A stretch of DNA of 64,000 bases from assembly GCA_050253075.1 (NCBI GenBank), contig JBFWJS010000001.1:96001-160000 (forward strand), written 5' to 3'. This DNA is from Deferribacterales bacterium (lineage in GTDB: Bacteria; Chrysiogenota; Deferribacteres; Deferribacterales; Geovibrionaceae). Under the pieces are notes generated by a model that was given only the letters and a program-made list of their open reading frames with translations, did no database searches and was not told the DNA's origin. The translations under genes and the position numbers were made by a program. This document shows positions 19,149 to 28,653 of the stretch, one piece after another. Positions within the stretch are counted from its first letter, which is position 1, and every line of letters begins with the position of its first letter.

Positions 19149-19622
19149 TTAGTCCTTTTTCTGAGCGGGGGACTGTTTGCCTGTCATCTCTTCGATGTCG
19201 ATGCGGATGACAAGCGTCTTCTCCACTGCGGCATCAGGGAATGAATGGTCAGTGCTGCCGTACTGCTCCATGACAGCGCTGAGCCCGACGAGCTTTTCGC
19301 TGATGTCCTCGACCATGACAGCCTTACCCTTTCCGATGACGGAGCGGAACTGATATGTCCATCCGCACGCCTGCTCTTTCGTTACGAGCTTCGTGTCGAC
19401 GCTCACTTCAAAGCATACGTTCGGGTTCGCCTTCATAGCGGAGACCTTGCGCCCTTCGTGTGCACAGTGCAGATATATCATGCCGTCTTTGAATCCGTAG
19501 CTCATGGGCACGATGTAAGGCTCGCCGTTATCCACCATAGCGATGCGTATCACCTCGCCTTTGCCGAGGATGTCGTTTATCTGGCTTATCTCTTCGATCA
19601 GCTTTTCCTGTCTTCTCATCAT
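19149..19622 (-). CDS. Pyridoxamine 5'-phosphate oxidase-like (NimA-type) flavin-binding protein
   Basis: PYIVPMSYG, YLHCAHEGRK, NPNVCFEV, SVIGKG, TGK; ATGA overlap with the EVE gene. Confidence 0.88.
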   Translation of the reverse strand: MMRRQEKLIEEISQINDILGKGEVIRIAMVDNGEPYIVPMSYGFKDGMIYLHCAHEGRKVSAMKANPNVCFEVSVDTKLVTKEQACGWTYQFRSVIGKGKAVMVEDISEKLVGLSAVMEQYGSTDHSFPDAAVEKTLVIRIDIEEMTGKQSPAQKKD

Positions 19623-20083
19623 GCACCTGCCATCTTTACTATTGTGTCGAATTCGCTCTTTTCCACAGGCATGATAGACAGCCTGTTCCCCTTCTGAACC
19701 AGACGCATGTCCGAAAGCCCGCTGACGGTCTTTATCTCTCTGAGACTGACAGTTCTGGGGAATTTCTCGATGAATTTCACATCCACCATAACCCACCTCG
19801 GGCTGTCTTCCTTAGATTTCGGGTCATAATATTTACCGGCGGGGTCAAATGCAGTGTGGTCGGGATATGCCTCACTGGCTACCTCTGCGATGCCCACAAC
19901 ACCGGGCTCTTCGCAGTTTGAATGATAAAAGAGAACCTTGTCCCCGACTTTCATATCATCACGCATGAAGTTGCGTGCCTGATAGTTCCTTATGCCGTCC
20001 CAGTGCTCTGTGCTTTCGGGCTTGGCTTTCAGGTCGTCTATGGAGAATGCTTCGGGTTCTGATTTCATCAGCCAGTAGTTCAT
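19619..20083 (-). CDS. EVE domain protein
   Basis: YWLMKSEP, WDGIRNYQARN, FYHS, RLSIMPV. Confidence 0.93.
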   Translation of the reverse strand: MNYWLMKSEPEAFSIDDLKAKPESTEHWDGIRNYQARNFMRDDMKVGDKVLFYHSNCEEPGVVGIAEVASEAYPDHTAFDPAGKYYDPKSKEDSPRWVMVDVKFIEKFPRTVSLREIKTVSGLSDMRLVQKGNRLSIMPVEKSEFDTIVKMAGA

Positions 20084-20087
20084 GTCA

Positions 20088-21212
20088 TCACCTGTTTTTA
20101 AGATATTCTCTCAGCCTGCGCACGCCTTCTGCCATGTGTTCGATGTTTCTGGCGTAGGAGAATCTGATGTATCTGTTCGTACCGTTATATCCGAAGTCCA
20201 CTCCCGGAGTTACGGCAACGTGTGCGTTCTCCAGAAGCTCATGGGCAAATTTGAATCCGTCGTCGGAATAGTCTGATATATCCGCCCAGATGTAAAATGC
20301 GCCTTCGGGCATAACGTCTATTTTAAAGATGTCTTTCAGTTCATTATAAAGGAAGTTTCTGCGCTTTTCATACTCGGCTTTATAATCTGCGAGGAAGTCA
20401 TAGTCGAAAGCATTCACGCATCCGAGCTGGCTCATGGTAGGCGCAGAGATGAAAAGGTTCTGCATGACGACCTCAGCCGCATCGATAAGATGCTCCGGAA
20501 GTATCATCCAGCCGAGCCTTGCTCCCGGCATACAGAAATATTTTGAAAAGCCGTTGATGACTATGGCATTGTCTGAGAACTCCACAGCCGTGTGCTCTTT
20601 CTTATCACCATAGACCAGCCCGTGATAAAGCTCGTCGGATATGAACCCTATATTGTTTTCCTCGCAATAGGTTACAAGCTCTTCGAGGCTCTCTCTGCCA
20701 TAGAGATTACCTGTCGGATTGCATGGAGAGGATATCTGAACGGCCTTGATGTCCTTCTCTTTTTTCAGCATGTCTACCGTCATCTGATAGTTTGTATCAG
20801 CGCCCACAGGCATCATGACAGGCTCTATGCCGAGCACATATGAATAGTTTTTATAACAAGGATATCCGGGGTCGGTGAAGGCGAGCTTCTCGCCGAGATC
20901 CACCATGATGGAGTACGCTATGAGAAATGCGCCCGAAGTGCCCACTGTGAGCATTATCCTTTCGGGGGCCACATCTTTGCCGTAATAGTGTTTGTAATGT
21001 TTTGATATCTCCTCACGCAGGGGCATCACACCCTTTGCCGAGGTATAAGGGAACTGTCCCGCATCGAGGAATTCACGCATGCTGTTCAGCACACCCGCAG
21101 AAGGTGCTATGTCGGGCTGACCGACCTCGAAATGTATGCAGTCCTCTATCTCGTTTGCACGGGCAAGGATATCCATGACGATGAAGGATGTTAATTTTTC
21201 TGTTCTTTTCAT
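20088..21212 (-). CDS. PLP-dependent aminotransferase class I/II
   Basis: SPCNPTG, SDELYHGL, GFSKYFCMPGARLGW. Confidence 0.92.
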   Translation of the reverse strand: MKRTEKLTSFIVMDILARANEIEDCIHFEVGQPDIAPSAGVLNSMREFLDAGQFPYTSAKGVMPLREEISKHYKHYYGKDVAPERIMLTVGTSGAFLIAYSIMVDLGEKLAFTDPGYPCYKNYSYVLGIEPVMMPVGADTNYQMTVDMLKKEKDIKAVQISSPCNPTGNLYGRESLEELVTYCEENNIGFISDELYHGLVYGDKKEHTAVEFSDNAIVINGFSKYFCMPGARLGWMILPEHLIDAAEVVMQNLFISAPTMSQLGCVNAFDYDFLADYKAEYEKRRNFLYNELKDIFKIDVMPEGAFYIWADISDYSDDGFKFAHELLENAHVAVTPGVDFGYNGTNRYIRFSYARNIEHMAEGVRRLREYLKNR

Positions 21213-21826
21213 TTATGACCTGTGGCTAGAATAATCGGAAACTCTATCTTCCTGCCGTCACGCTCTTTTTCAATGACTGCGGCAGTGTTTATCTGTACGT
21301 CTTTATACCCGCAGCTGCGGAGCATTTCCGCCAGTGCTTCGGGCTCGAATCCGCCGTGTTTCACCCCCTCATGGGGTACATCATGGAAAGGTTCTTCCGT
21401 CAGCTCAAGGTCTGCGACACATATCTGACCGCCTGTGCGTATTGCGTCGTATGCCTTTCTGAAAAATATCTCAGGCTCGTCCATGTGGTGTATCACCATG
21501 CTGGCGGTGAACATGTCGAATGATTCCTTCGGGAAGTCTTCCTTTTTCACATCCAGCAGGACGGTCTTAATATTCTTCAGTCCTGCATTTTCGACCTTTT
21601 CATTCAGCACGTCCAGCATCCCCTGCGAGGTGTCGAAACCTGTGAGAGACCTGCCGTACTCGGATAGACCGAGCATGATGAGCCCTGTCCCAGTGCCGAA
21701 GTCTGCTATATCTATATCTTTTTTCGGTTCTGCATATTTAATGATGGCAGAGACTACATCTTTCGCAAGCTGTACACGTCTCCCCTTCTTTTCCCATTCT
21801 GATGCTCTGGCATCAAATACTGACAT
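21209..21826 (-). CDS. Class I SAM-dependent methyltransferase
   Basis: DFGTGTG motif I, FDTSQGML, MVIHH. Confidence 0.9.
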   Translation of the reverse strand: MSVFDARASEWEKKGRRVQLAKDVVSAIIKYAEPKKDIDIADFGTGTGLIMLGLSEYGRSLTGFDTSQGMLDVLNEKVENAGLKNIKTVLLDVKKEDFPKESFDMFTASMVIHHMDEPEIFFRKAYDAIRTGGQICVADLELTEEPFHDVPHEGVKHGGFEPEALAEMLRSCGYKDVQINTAAVIEKERDGRKIEFPIILATGHK

Positions 21827-21850
21827 ATATCCACCTAATATTTAATCTAC

Positions 21851-21952
21851 TAAGGCGGTTATTTTCTTATTTTTCAAGGCGAAAAATGCGAAGTTTACAC
21901 CTTCGTAAATGAGCACTTTTGAACGAAGAAAAATATGAAAAGGGACGCCTTA
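21851..21952. repeat. Long hairpin repeat, family 2 (GTTTAC...GTAAATGAGCA core)
   Basis: Terminal IR TAAGGCG...CGCCTTA; core shared with 51449-51569; right end supplies the TAA stop of the ABC ATPase. Confidence 0.7.
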
Positions 21953-22747
21953 TTTACTTAATAGAAGTTTGTCGTCCGCTATCCCCACTCCCCTGACCTT
22001 TTCAAACATGCCGAGCAGATCGGGAATGGTGAGCCCTTCTTTATCTTTCCCTTTGATGTCGAGGACTATCTCGCCCTCGTGCATCATTATGATGCGGTTG
22101 CCGTAGTCTATTGCCTGCTTCATATTGTGGGTGACCATCATGGCTGTCAGCCCCATCTCACGGATTATCTTATCCGTCAGCTCCATGACAAGTGCTGCCG
22201 TGCGAGGGTCGAGCGCTGCGGTGTGTTCGTCCAGCAGGAGTATCTGCGGATTCGCCATTGCAGCCATCAGCAGTGTGAGCGACTGTCTCTGCCCCCCTGA
22301 GAGGAGCCCTGCGTTGGTCTTCAGCCTGTCTTCCAGACCGAGACCGAGCTGTTTCAGACGTTCTTTGAAATCTTCTCTCTTTTTGGCTGTGACACCCTTG
22401 CGAAACCAGCGCTTCACGCCTCTTTTGGAGGCTATCGCCATGTTTTCCTCTATGCTGAGGGATTTCGCCGTACCGCTAAGCGGGTCCTGAAAGACCACGC
22501 CGATATATTCAGCCCTTTTATATTCGGGCACTTTTGTTATGTCGTTTCCGTCGAAGAGTATCTTCCCTCCGTCGGGATTCTGGAAACCTGCGAGGATGCT
22601 GAGCATTGTCGATTTACCCGCACCGTTACTGCCGATGACGGTGACAAAGTCGCCCTTCTCTATCTTCAGGTTCAGGTCGTTTATGGCTATCTTTTCATTC
22701 ACAGTGCCTGCGTTGAATATCTTTTTGATACCTGAGAGTTCTATCAT
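21950..22747 (-). CDS. ABC transporter ATP-binding subunit
   Basis: GSNGAGKS, LSGGQRQ, LLDEHTAALDP. Confidence 0.92.
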   Translation of the reverse strand: MIELSGIKKIFNAGTVNEKIAINDLNLKIEKGDFVTVIGSNGAGKSTMLSILAGFQNPDGGKILFDGNDITKVPEYKRAEYIGVVFQDPLSGTAKSLSIEENMAIASKRGVKRWFRKGVTAKKREDFKERLKQLGLGLEDRLKTNAGLLSGGQRQSLTLLMAAMANPQILLLDEHTAALDPRTAALVMELTDKIIREMGLTAMMVTHNMKQAIDYGNRIIMMHEGEIVLDIKGKDKEGLTIPDLLGMFEKVRGVGIADDKLLLSK

Positions 22748-23637
22748 CCTCTTATCCCTCCCAGCTTCTTACGTATCCCCGGGAATGTGAGCGCAAGGAC
22801 GACTATGATAGCCGTTATGAGGTTTAAGTCCCCAGGTGAGAGCTTTATCGGCCCGAGCTCTACGGAGAGAGCATAAGCCACAGCCAGCCTGTATATCATA
22901 GAGCCGAGCACAACCCCGACCACAGCACGCAGAACCGTACTGCTGGAAAGGACAGCCTCGCCCACGATAACAGATGCAAGCCCCGCCACCACAGTACCTA
23001 TACCCATATTCACATCGGCAAAGCCGAGTGACTGGGCAACGAGCGCACCGCACATGGCGACAAAAGCATTACTCAGTGAAACGCCGAAGAATACCATCCT
23101 GTCCGTGTTCACCCCCTGCGCCTTTACCATCTTCATGTTGTCACCTGTGGCTCTGAGAGCGAGCCCGAGGTCTGTATGGAAAAACCATACGAGGAAGACA
23201 CACACGGCAACGGTAAATATAAGGAAGAGTGTAATAGCGGCAAACTGCGGAGATATACCCATAGACTCCATAGGAGTGAAGACGGTGTCATAGCCGAGCA
23301 GAGGTATATTCGGCATGCCCATCACACGCAGGTTTATGGAGTACAATGCGATCATTGTAAGGATACCTGCGAGGAGATTGAGTATTTTCAGCTTTGTATT
23401 CAGCAGTGCTGTGACAGCACCGGCACCGAAGCCTGCGATAAATGCGGCGGCAACCGACAGATACGGGTCGTAGCCCTTTGTTATCAAAAGGGCACTGACA
23501 GCCGCACCGAGAGGCAGCGAGCCATCCACAGAAAGATCGGGGAAATCCAACGCTCTAAACGTGAGGAAAACACCGAGAGCCATAAGAGAAAAGACAAGTC
23601 CGTGCTCTATGGCTCCCAGAAATGCAAAATATGTCAT
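22744..23637 (-). CDS. ABC transporter permease
   Basis: FPDLSVDGSLPLG, YSINLRVMG, multiple TM helices. Confidence 0.9.
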   Translation of the reverse strand: MTYFAFLGAIEHGLVFSLMALGVFLTFRALDFPDLSVDGSLPLGAAVSALLITKGYDPYLSVAAAFIAGFGAGAVTALLNTKLKILNLLAGILTMIALYSINLRVMGMPNIPLLGYDTVFTPMESMGISPQFAAITLFLIFTVAVCVFLVWFFHTDLGLALRATGDNMKMVKAQGVNTDRMVFFGVSLSNAFVAMCGALVAQSLGFADVNMGIGTVVAGLASVIVGEAVLSSSTVLRAVVGVVLGSMIYRLAVAYALSVELGPIKLSPGDLNLITAIIVVLALTFPGIRKKLGGIRG

Positions 23638-24605
23638 TAGTTATTAAGTATCTCGTCTGCGTTTTTAACAAGCTCTGCAGGGATGCCGTGGTTCAGCACT
23701 CTTGCGGGCTTCATGTTGATTATAAGTTTGAGATCCTTCTGGAATTCCACAGGGATCTCGCCGGGTTTCTCGCCTTTGAGGATACGGCATACGATAAGAC
23801 CTGTCTGCTCGCCGTGTTTGTAATAGTCAAAGCCTTTTGCTGCGAGTGCGCCTCTTTTCACTGAGTCTGTATCAGACATGATGAGAGGGATCTTGTTCTC
23901 GTCGGCCACTTTCACGACGGATTCAAGGGCTGAAACGACAGTATTGTCTGTTGTCACGAAGAATGCCTGAACCTTTCCCACGAGGGACTGTGCAGCAGCA
24001 TAAACACCGGAAGAGTTAGCAACGGCACGCTCGATGAGCTTCACGCCTTTCTTCTCTGCGGCGGCTTTTGTCAGCTCGAGCTGTGAACGGCTGTTCTGCT
24101 CGCCTGAGTTATAGATGATGCCCACTGCCTCGGGTGTGAATCCGAGCTCGAAGATAAGGTTGAACTGCTGCTCGATAGGAGCAAGGTCGCTCACGCCTGT
24201 TACGCTTCCGCCCGGTCTCATGAGGTCTGTGACCATCTTAGCACCGACAGGGTCTGTCACTGCGGAAAAGACCACGGGTGTATCGGGGGAGAGCTTTTTA
24301 AATGTATTGATGAGTGCGAGGGCTGTCGGAGTAGCGATACCTATTACGACATCGTCCTTATCCCCTGCGAATTTATTTGCTATCTGATTAGCTGTCACCA
24401 TGTTTCCCTGAGCGGACTGGGTGTCGAATGTGATGTTCTGACCTTCGATATATCCGCAATCTCTCAGAGAACTGATGATACCGTCACGGGCGGCATCCAG
24501 TGCGGGGTGTTCAACTATCTGGGAGATGCCCACCTTTACCATTTCAGCGGCAAAGCCTGTGGCAGCGAATGCTACAACCATCATAGCTATAAGTAATTTC
24601 TTCAT
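23637..24605 (-). CDS. ABC substrate-binding protein (putative aromatic amino acid type)
   Basis: Signal peptide, QIVEHPALD, IATPTA, AVTDP, TGVSD, TDNTV. Confidence 0.88.
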   Translation of the reverse strand: MKKLLIAMMVVAFAATGFAAEMVKVGISQIVEHPALDAARDGIISSLRDCGYIEGQNITFDTQSAQGNMVTANQIANKFAGDKDDVVIGIATPTALALINTFKKLSPDTPVVFSAVTDPVGAKMVTDLMRPGGSVTGVSDLAPIEQQFNLIFELGFTPEAVGIIYNSGEQNSRSQLELTKAAAEKKGVKLIERAVANSSGVYAAAQSLVGKVQAFFVTTDNTVVSALESVVKVADENKIPLIMSDTDSVKRGALAAKGFDYYKHGEQTGLIVCRILKGEKPGEIPVEFQKDLKLIINMKPARVLNHGIPAELVKNADEILNN

Positions 24606-24686
24606 ATGCTTACCTCTTTTAAAAGCAAAATAGTATATGATTGTAAACTCTGGAATGAAAAATTCAAGAAATATCTATTAGAGTGG

Positions 24687-24713
24687 AAAGAAAGCGGTGC
24701 CCGAAGACACCGC
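24687..24713 (-). terminator. Intrinsic terminator of mop
   Basis: Minus strand gcggtgtc-ttcg-ggcaccgc then tttcttt. Confidence 0.75.
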
Positions 24714-24720
24714 AAAAGGT

Positions 24721-24930
24721 TTAGTCCACAGCGACCATGATGGATGATGCCTTCATAACGGCATAGGCTGTTTTGCCTACCTCAAGGCCGAGGTTTTCAC
24801 AAGATTCCTTTGTGATGATGGAAGTGATAACGGCTCCGCCGGCTATCTCGATATCCACCTCAACATTCACCATACCCACTTTGAGAGCTACGATCTTACC
24901 TTTAAGGTTGTTTCTGGCGCTAAGTTTCAT
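24721..24930 (-). CDS. mop: Molybdate-binding molbindin (TOBE domain)
   Basis: MKLSARN, ITSIIT, AVMKASS; GGAGG RBS. Confidence 0.92.
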   Translation of the reverse strand: MKLSARNNLKGKIVALKVGMVNVEVDIEIAGGAVITSIITKESCENLGLEVGKTAYAVMKASSIMVAVD

Positions 24931-24958
24931 TACAGGCCTCCTTATAAATTTAATCATT

Positions 24959-25007
24959 CGCTATTATTTCGATACATAACGATGCGTTATTATATTAGAA
25001 TATAACG
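24959..25007. promoter_or_regulatory. Two tandem ModE-type boxes upstream of mop
   Basis: CGCTAT-N11-ATAACG (24959-24981) and CGTTAT-N11-ATAACG (24985-25007). Confidence 0.72.
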
Positions 25008-25168
25008 CCGCAGGCAAGAAAAACCACTCCTTAACATATGCTGACATTTTTAACATTTATCAAACACGCTCGTAAATTGGACTTTTTTCGTATTTTCAAA
25101 TGACTAAATATATGCGAAAATGTGTAGTTAAATAGTATATAAACTTACGGAATATAAGGAGTGATTCT

Positions 25169-26161
25169 ATGAAAGCAGTTCTGATGAAGGAGTTCGGCAG
25201 TGCCGACGTGCTTTATATCGGCGAAGCTGAAAAGCCGACACCTGCCGCTGACCAAGTGCTCATAAAGGTCGCAGCGACATCTATAAACAGACCCGACCTT
25301 GTACAGAGAGAAGGTAACTATCCACCGCCAAAGGGTGATTCCGAGATACTCGGGCTCGAGGTTGCGGGCGTCATCGAGGAAGTAGGTGCAGACGTAAAAG
25401 ACTGGAAAGCGGGCGATAAGGTCATGACACTCGTAGGCGGAGGCGGATACGCCGAATACGCAGTGGCATATGCATGTCACCTGATGAAGATGCCTGAGTC
25501 TATGAGCTACGAAGAGGCTGCCTGTGTTTGTGAATCATACATCACAGCTTTCTCCAACGTGTTCATGTTAGGCGATTTTCAGGACGGACAGACAGCTATC
25601 TTCCACGGAGGCGGGGGCGGTGTGAACACTGCTGCCATACAGCTTTCTAACGCTCTGACACCAAACAGCAAATACATCGTGACAGCAGCACCTGATAAAA
25701 TCGAGACCGTTAAAGAGCTCGGTGCCGCTCTCGTGATAGACTATACGACTACACCGGACTTCTCCGAAGCGGTGAAGGAATACACTAACAAAGCTGGCGT
25801 AGACCTCATCCTCGACCATGTCGGCGCAAAATACCTTAAGCCGAACATGAACTCACTCGGATACATGGGCAAGCTCGTCATCATAGGCGTTATCAGCGGT
25901 ATCAAAGCCGAGCTGAACCTCGCACTTATGATGGTGAAACGCCAGCAGATCATCGGCTCTGTCCTCAGAAGCAGACCTGTAGCCATGAAGGGCGAGATAG
26001 TCGCTGAGTTTACAAAGCGCGCCCTGCCTAAGTTTGCCGACAGAACGATAGTTCCGAAGATACATAAGGTCTTCTCTATCGAAGAGGCAGCCGAAGCACA
26101 TAAGATGATGGAGGCCGATAGTCATTTCGGCAAGATCGTTCTCAAGATACAGGAAATCTAA
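25169..26161 (+). CDS. NAD(P)H:quinone oxidoreductase (PIG3/zeta-crystallin family)
   Basis: INRPDLVQREGNYPPP, ILGLEVAG, GGGYAEY, HFGKIVL. Confidence 0.92.
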   Translation: MKAVLMKEFGSADVLYIGEAEKPTPAADQVLIKVAATSINRPDLVQREGNYPPPKGDSEILGLEVAGVIEEVGADVKDWKAGDKVMTLVGGGGYAEYAVAYACHLMKMPESMSYEEAACVCESYITAFSNVFMLGDFQDGQTAIFHGGGGGVNTAAIQLSNALTPNSKYIVTAAPDKIETVKELGAALVIDYTTTPDFSEAVKEYTNKAGVDLILDHVGAKYLKPNMNSLGYMGKLVIIGVISGIKAELNLALMMVKRQQIIGSVLRSRPVAMKGEIVAEFTKRALPKFADRTIVPKIHKVFSIEEAAEAHKMMEADSHFGKIVLKIQEI

Positions 26162-26168
26162 TCATAAA

Positions 26169-26204
26169 GCCCCCGTTGCCCACATGCAGCGGGGGTATTT
26201 TTTT
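26169..26204 (+). terminator. Intrinsic terminator
   Basis: gcccccgttgc / gcagcgggggt stem then T7. Confidence 0.75.
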
Positions 26205-26215
26205 GAGAGGGACAG

Positions 26216-27775
26216 ATGGACAAACTGGTAACACTGCTCAGGGTTTCTATATTCAGACGCCTCATATCTATTCTGGTCTATACTATCCTGCTTTCCGTGT
26301 TTTTCACGGGCGGGGTTCTGCATCTGTTCATTGCAAACAATCTGGACAAGACCGTATACGAATCCAACCAATACATTGAAAAAGCAGATACACTCGCCGA
26401 CGACGTGAACGGCATAATGGACACTCTGCAGGAGGGCAACCCGCAGGTGTGCGACGACGCTCTGCTGAAAAAGATGCGTGCCGTACAGTTCCGCTCGGAA
26501 TACGCAAAGGACATCGGCTTCAGTAAAGACAACAAGCTGATATGCACCACAGGGCTGGGCATGCTTGAGAAGCCTTTCGACGAGGAGCCTCCTCAGTTCA
26601 CCACAAAGCGGGGCTATTCCATGTGGCTGAATGTACCGGTGAAGCTATTTGACTTTCAGCGTATGGGCACAGTGCTGAAACACGGCAATTTCAACGTGCT
26701 GATAAATACGGACGGATTCTTCAAAGGTGTTAATCCTGACTTTAATACCGCCGTATATCTTAAGCTGTCTGAGGACAACATGCTCTTCCAGGGCGGAGAT
26801 AAATCCGTCGCACCGATACAGAACACCGACTATAAAGACTTCGGACTTTCAGGTTTTTACTCTTTTCAATGCAGCGAAAAATCCATCGTGTGCGCCATGA
26901 CATATCTGCCGATGTATAAGGCAGTGCAGAACAACAGCTCACAGATTCTCGGCATATTCATGCTTTCGTTCATAAGTTCTACATTCATAACTCTCTATCT
27001 GAACGGATACATGAACAGGCTGATAATGTTCAAACACAGGTTCCTCCGCAATATGACAAATGAAAACATCATATGCTACTACCAGCCGGTGATAGAGGTC
27101 TCCACGGGCAAGCTCGCAGGCTGTGAGGTCCTCGTAAGATGGAGCGACGAAAACAACAATATCGTAACCCCTGATAAATTCCTCGACATAGTAAAGCAGG
27201 AGAAAAAGACTCAGGAGCTGACAAACATCATCACCGCCAATGCCTTCAGAGACCTTGAAAAGGTGCTGAACGATATTGATAAGTTCAAGATAGCATTCAA
27301 CATATTCCCCGTGGATTTCAAACAGGGCGACCTGCGGGACATGTTTGACAAATACAGGCAGAAATTCCCGAAGGCAGACATAAACCTCGAGCTGACAGAG
27401 GACGAACTGGTCGAAGCACCGAAGATATCCGACGATATAAACCGCCTGCGCAAAGCGGGATACACCGTATCCATAGACGATTTCGGAACCGGATATTCCA
27501 GCCTTTCATACCTGCAGGAGATAAAGGTGGACTTTATCAAAATAGACCGCAGCTTTGTGAAAGACCTCGAGCTCGGCACCGTGAAATCCCAGCTCATCCC
27601 GCTGATAGCCTCCATAGCGAAGACCATCGACTCAGACATCATCATAGAAGGGATAGAGACAGCCGGACAGGTAGAATACATAAAAGGGCTCGGCATAGAG
27701 TACGTACAGGGATATTTCTACAGCAGGCCTCTGCCTGCGGCGGAGTTCATCGCCTACGTTGCGAAAAACGCCTGA
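26216..27775 (+). CDS. Membrane EAL c-di-GMP phosphodiesterase with CSS-like periplasmic domain
   Basis: Two TMs, periplasmic Cys pair (QVCD, LICTT), YQP, EVLVRW, ELTE, IDDFGTGYSSL, KIDRSF, EGIE, QG. Confidence 0.88.
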   Translation: MDKLVTLLRVSIFRRLISILVYTILLSVFFTGGVLHLFIANNLDKTVYESNQYIEKADTLADDVNGIMDTLQEGNPQVCDDALLKKMRAVQFRSEYAKDIGFSKDNKLICTTGLGMLEKPFDEEPPQFTTKRGYSMWLNVPVKLFDFQRMGTVLKHGNFNVLINTDGFFKGVNPDFNTAVYLKLSEDNMLFQGGDKSVAPIQNTDYKDFGLSGFYSFQCSEKSIVCAMTYLPMYKAVQNNSSQILGIFMLSFISSTFITLYLNGYMNRLIMFKHRFLRNMTNENIICYYQPVIEVSTGKLAGCEVLVRWSDENNNIVTPDKFLDIVKQEKKTQELTNIITANAFRDLEKVLNDIDKFKIAFNIFPVDFKQGDLRDMFDKYRQKFPKADINLELTEDELVEAPKISDDINRLRKAGYTVSIDDFGTGYSSLSYLQEIKVDFIKIDRSFVKDLELGTVKSQLIPLIASIAKTIDSDIIIEGIETAGQVEYIKGLGIEYVQGYFYSRPLPAAEFIAYVAKNA

Positions 27776-27873
27776 TCTGTACTGCTACGGCGCATCTGCA
27801 CCGTATATAAAAAAAATATCTGTATATTTATTTTCCGACTGTAACCATTATCATGTATCATCGGAGGTGAGAA

Positions 27874-28653
27874 ATGAATATCAAGATATATCAGGCTGAT
27901 GCCTTTGCTGATGAACTGTTCAAAGGGAATCCTGCTGCCGTCTGTCCGCTGGACGAGGTGATCTCTGACGAGATGATGCAGCTCATCGCAGCCGAAAATA
28001 ACCTTTCAGAAACCGCATACATTTTTGACAAAGACGGAGTGAGAAACATCAGGTGGTTCACACCCTCGTGCGAAGTCGCTCTATGCGGTCATGCCACACT
28101 CGCCTCTGCACACATACTCTTTAATGAAGAAGGCTTTAAAGGAGACGTGATAGAATTCATGTCTAAAAGCGGCATACTGCGTGTCAGCAGAAAGGGCGAA
28201 GAGCTCGAGCTCGACTTCCCCGTAACGGAAATAATCCCGTGCGACGCAGACCCCCGCATAGAAAAATCTCTCGGCATCAAGCCTCTTGAGACATACACGG
28301 GGACAGACATACTCGCCGTTTTCGAAAATGAAAATGATATAAAGAATTTTAAGCCTGATTTCAGACTGCTCGCAGAGCTGGAATCCAGATGTGTCATCGT
28401 CACTGCCAAAGGGAGCGAATGCGACTTCGTAAGCAGAGTTTTCGGCCCGGCAGTCGGCATAGACGAAGACCCTGTCACAGGATCTGCACACTGCATACTG
28501 ACACCCTACTGGGCTGAAAAGCTGGGTAAGACAAAAATGAACGCTCGCCAGATATCCCCAAGGGGAGGAAAGCTCACATGTACGCTGGAAGGCGACAGGG
28601 TGAAAATAGCAGGTAAAAGCGTGACTTATCTGAAAGGGATGATCACTGTTTAG
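27874..28653 (+). CDS. PhzF-family epimerase/isomerase
   Basis: DAF...GNPAAV, NLSETA, LCGHATLA, EDPVTGSAHC. Confidence 0.93.
   Translation: MNIKIYQADAFADELFKGNPAAVCPLDEVISDEMMQLIAAENNLSETAYIFDKDGVRNIRWFTPSCEVALCGHATLASAHILFNEEGFKGDVIEFMSKSGILRVSRKGEELELDFPVTEIIPCDADPRIEKSLGIKPLETYTGTDILAVFENENDIKNFKPDFRLLAELESRCVIVTAKGSECDFVSRVFGPAVGIDEDPVTGSAHCILTPYWAEKLGKTKMNARQISPRGGKLTCTLEGDRVKIAGKSVTYLKGMITV

Noticed and set aside
25050..25063. Fnr/NssR-like TTAAC-ATTT-ATCAA upstream of the quinone oxidoreductase
   Set aside because: Weaker match with no well-spaced -10 element
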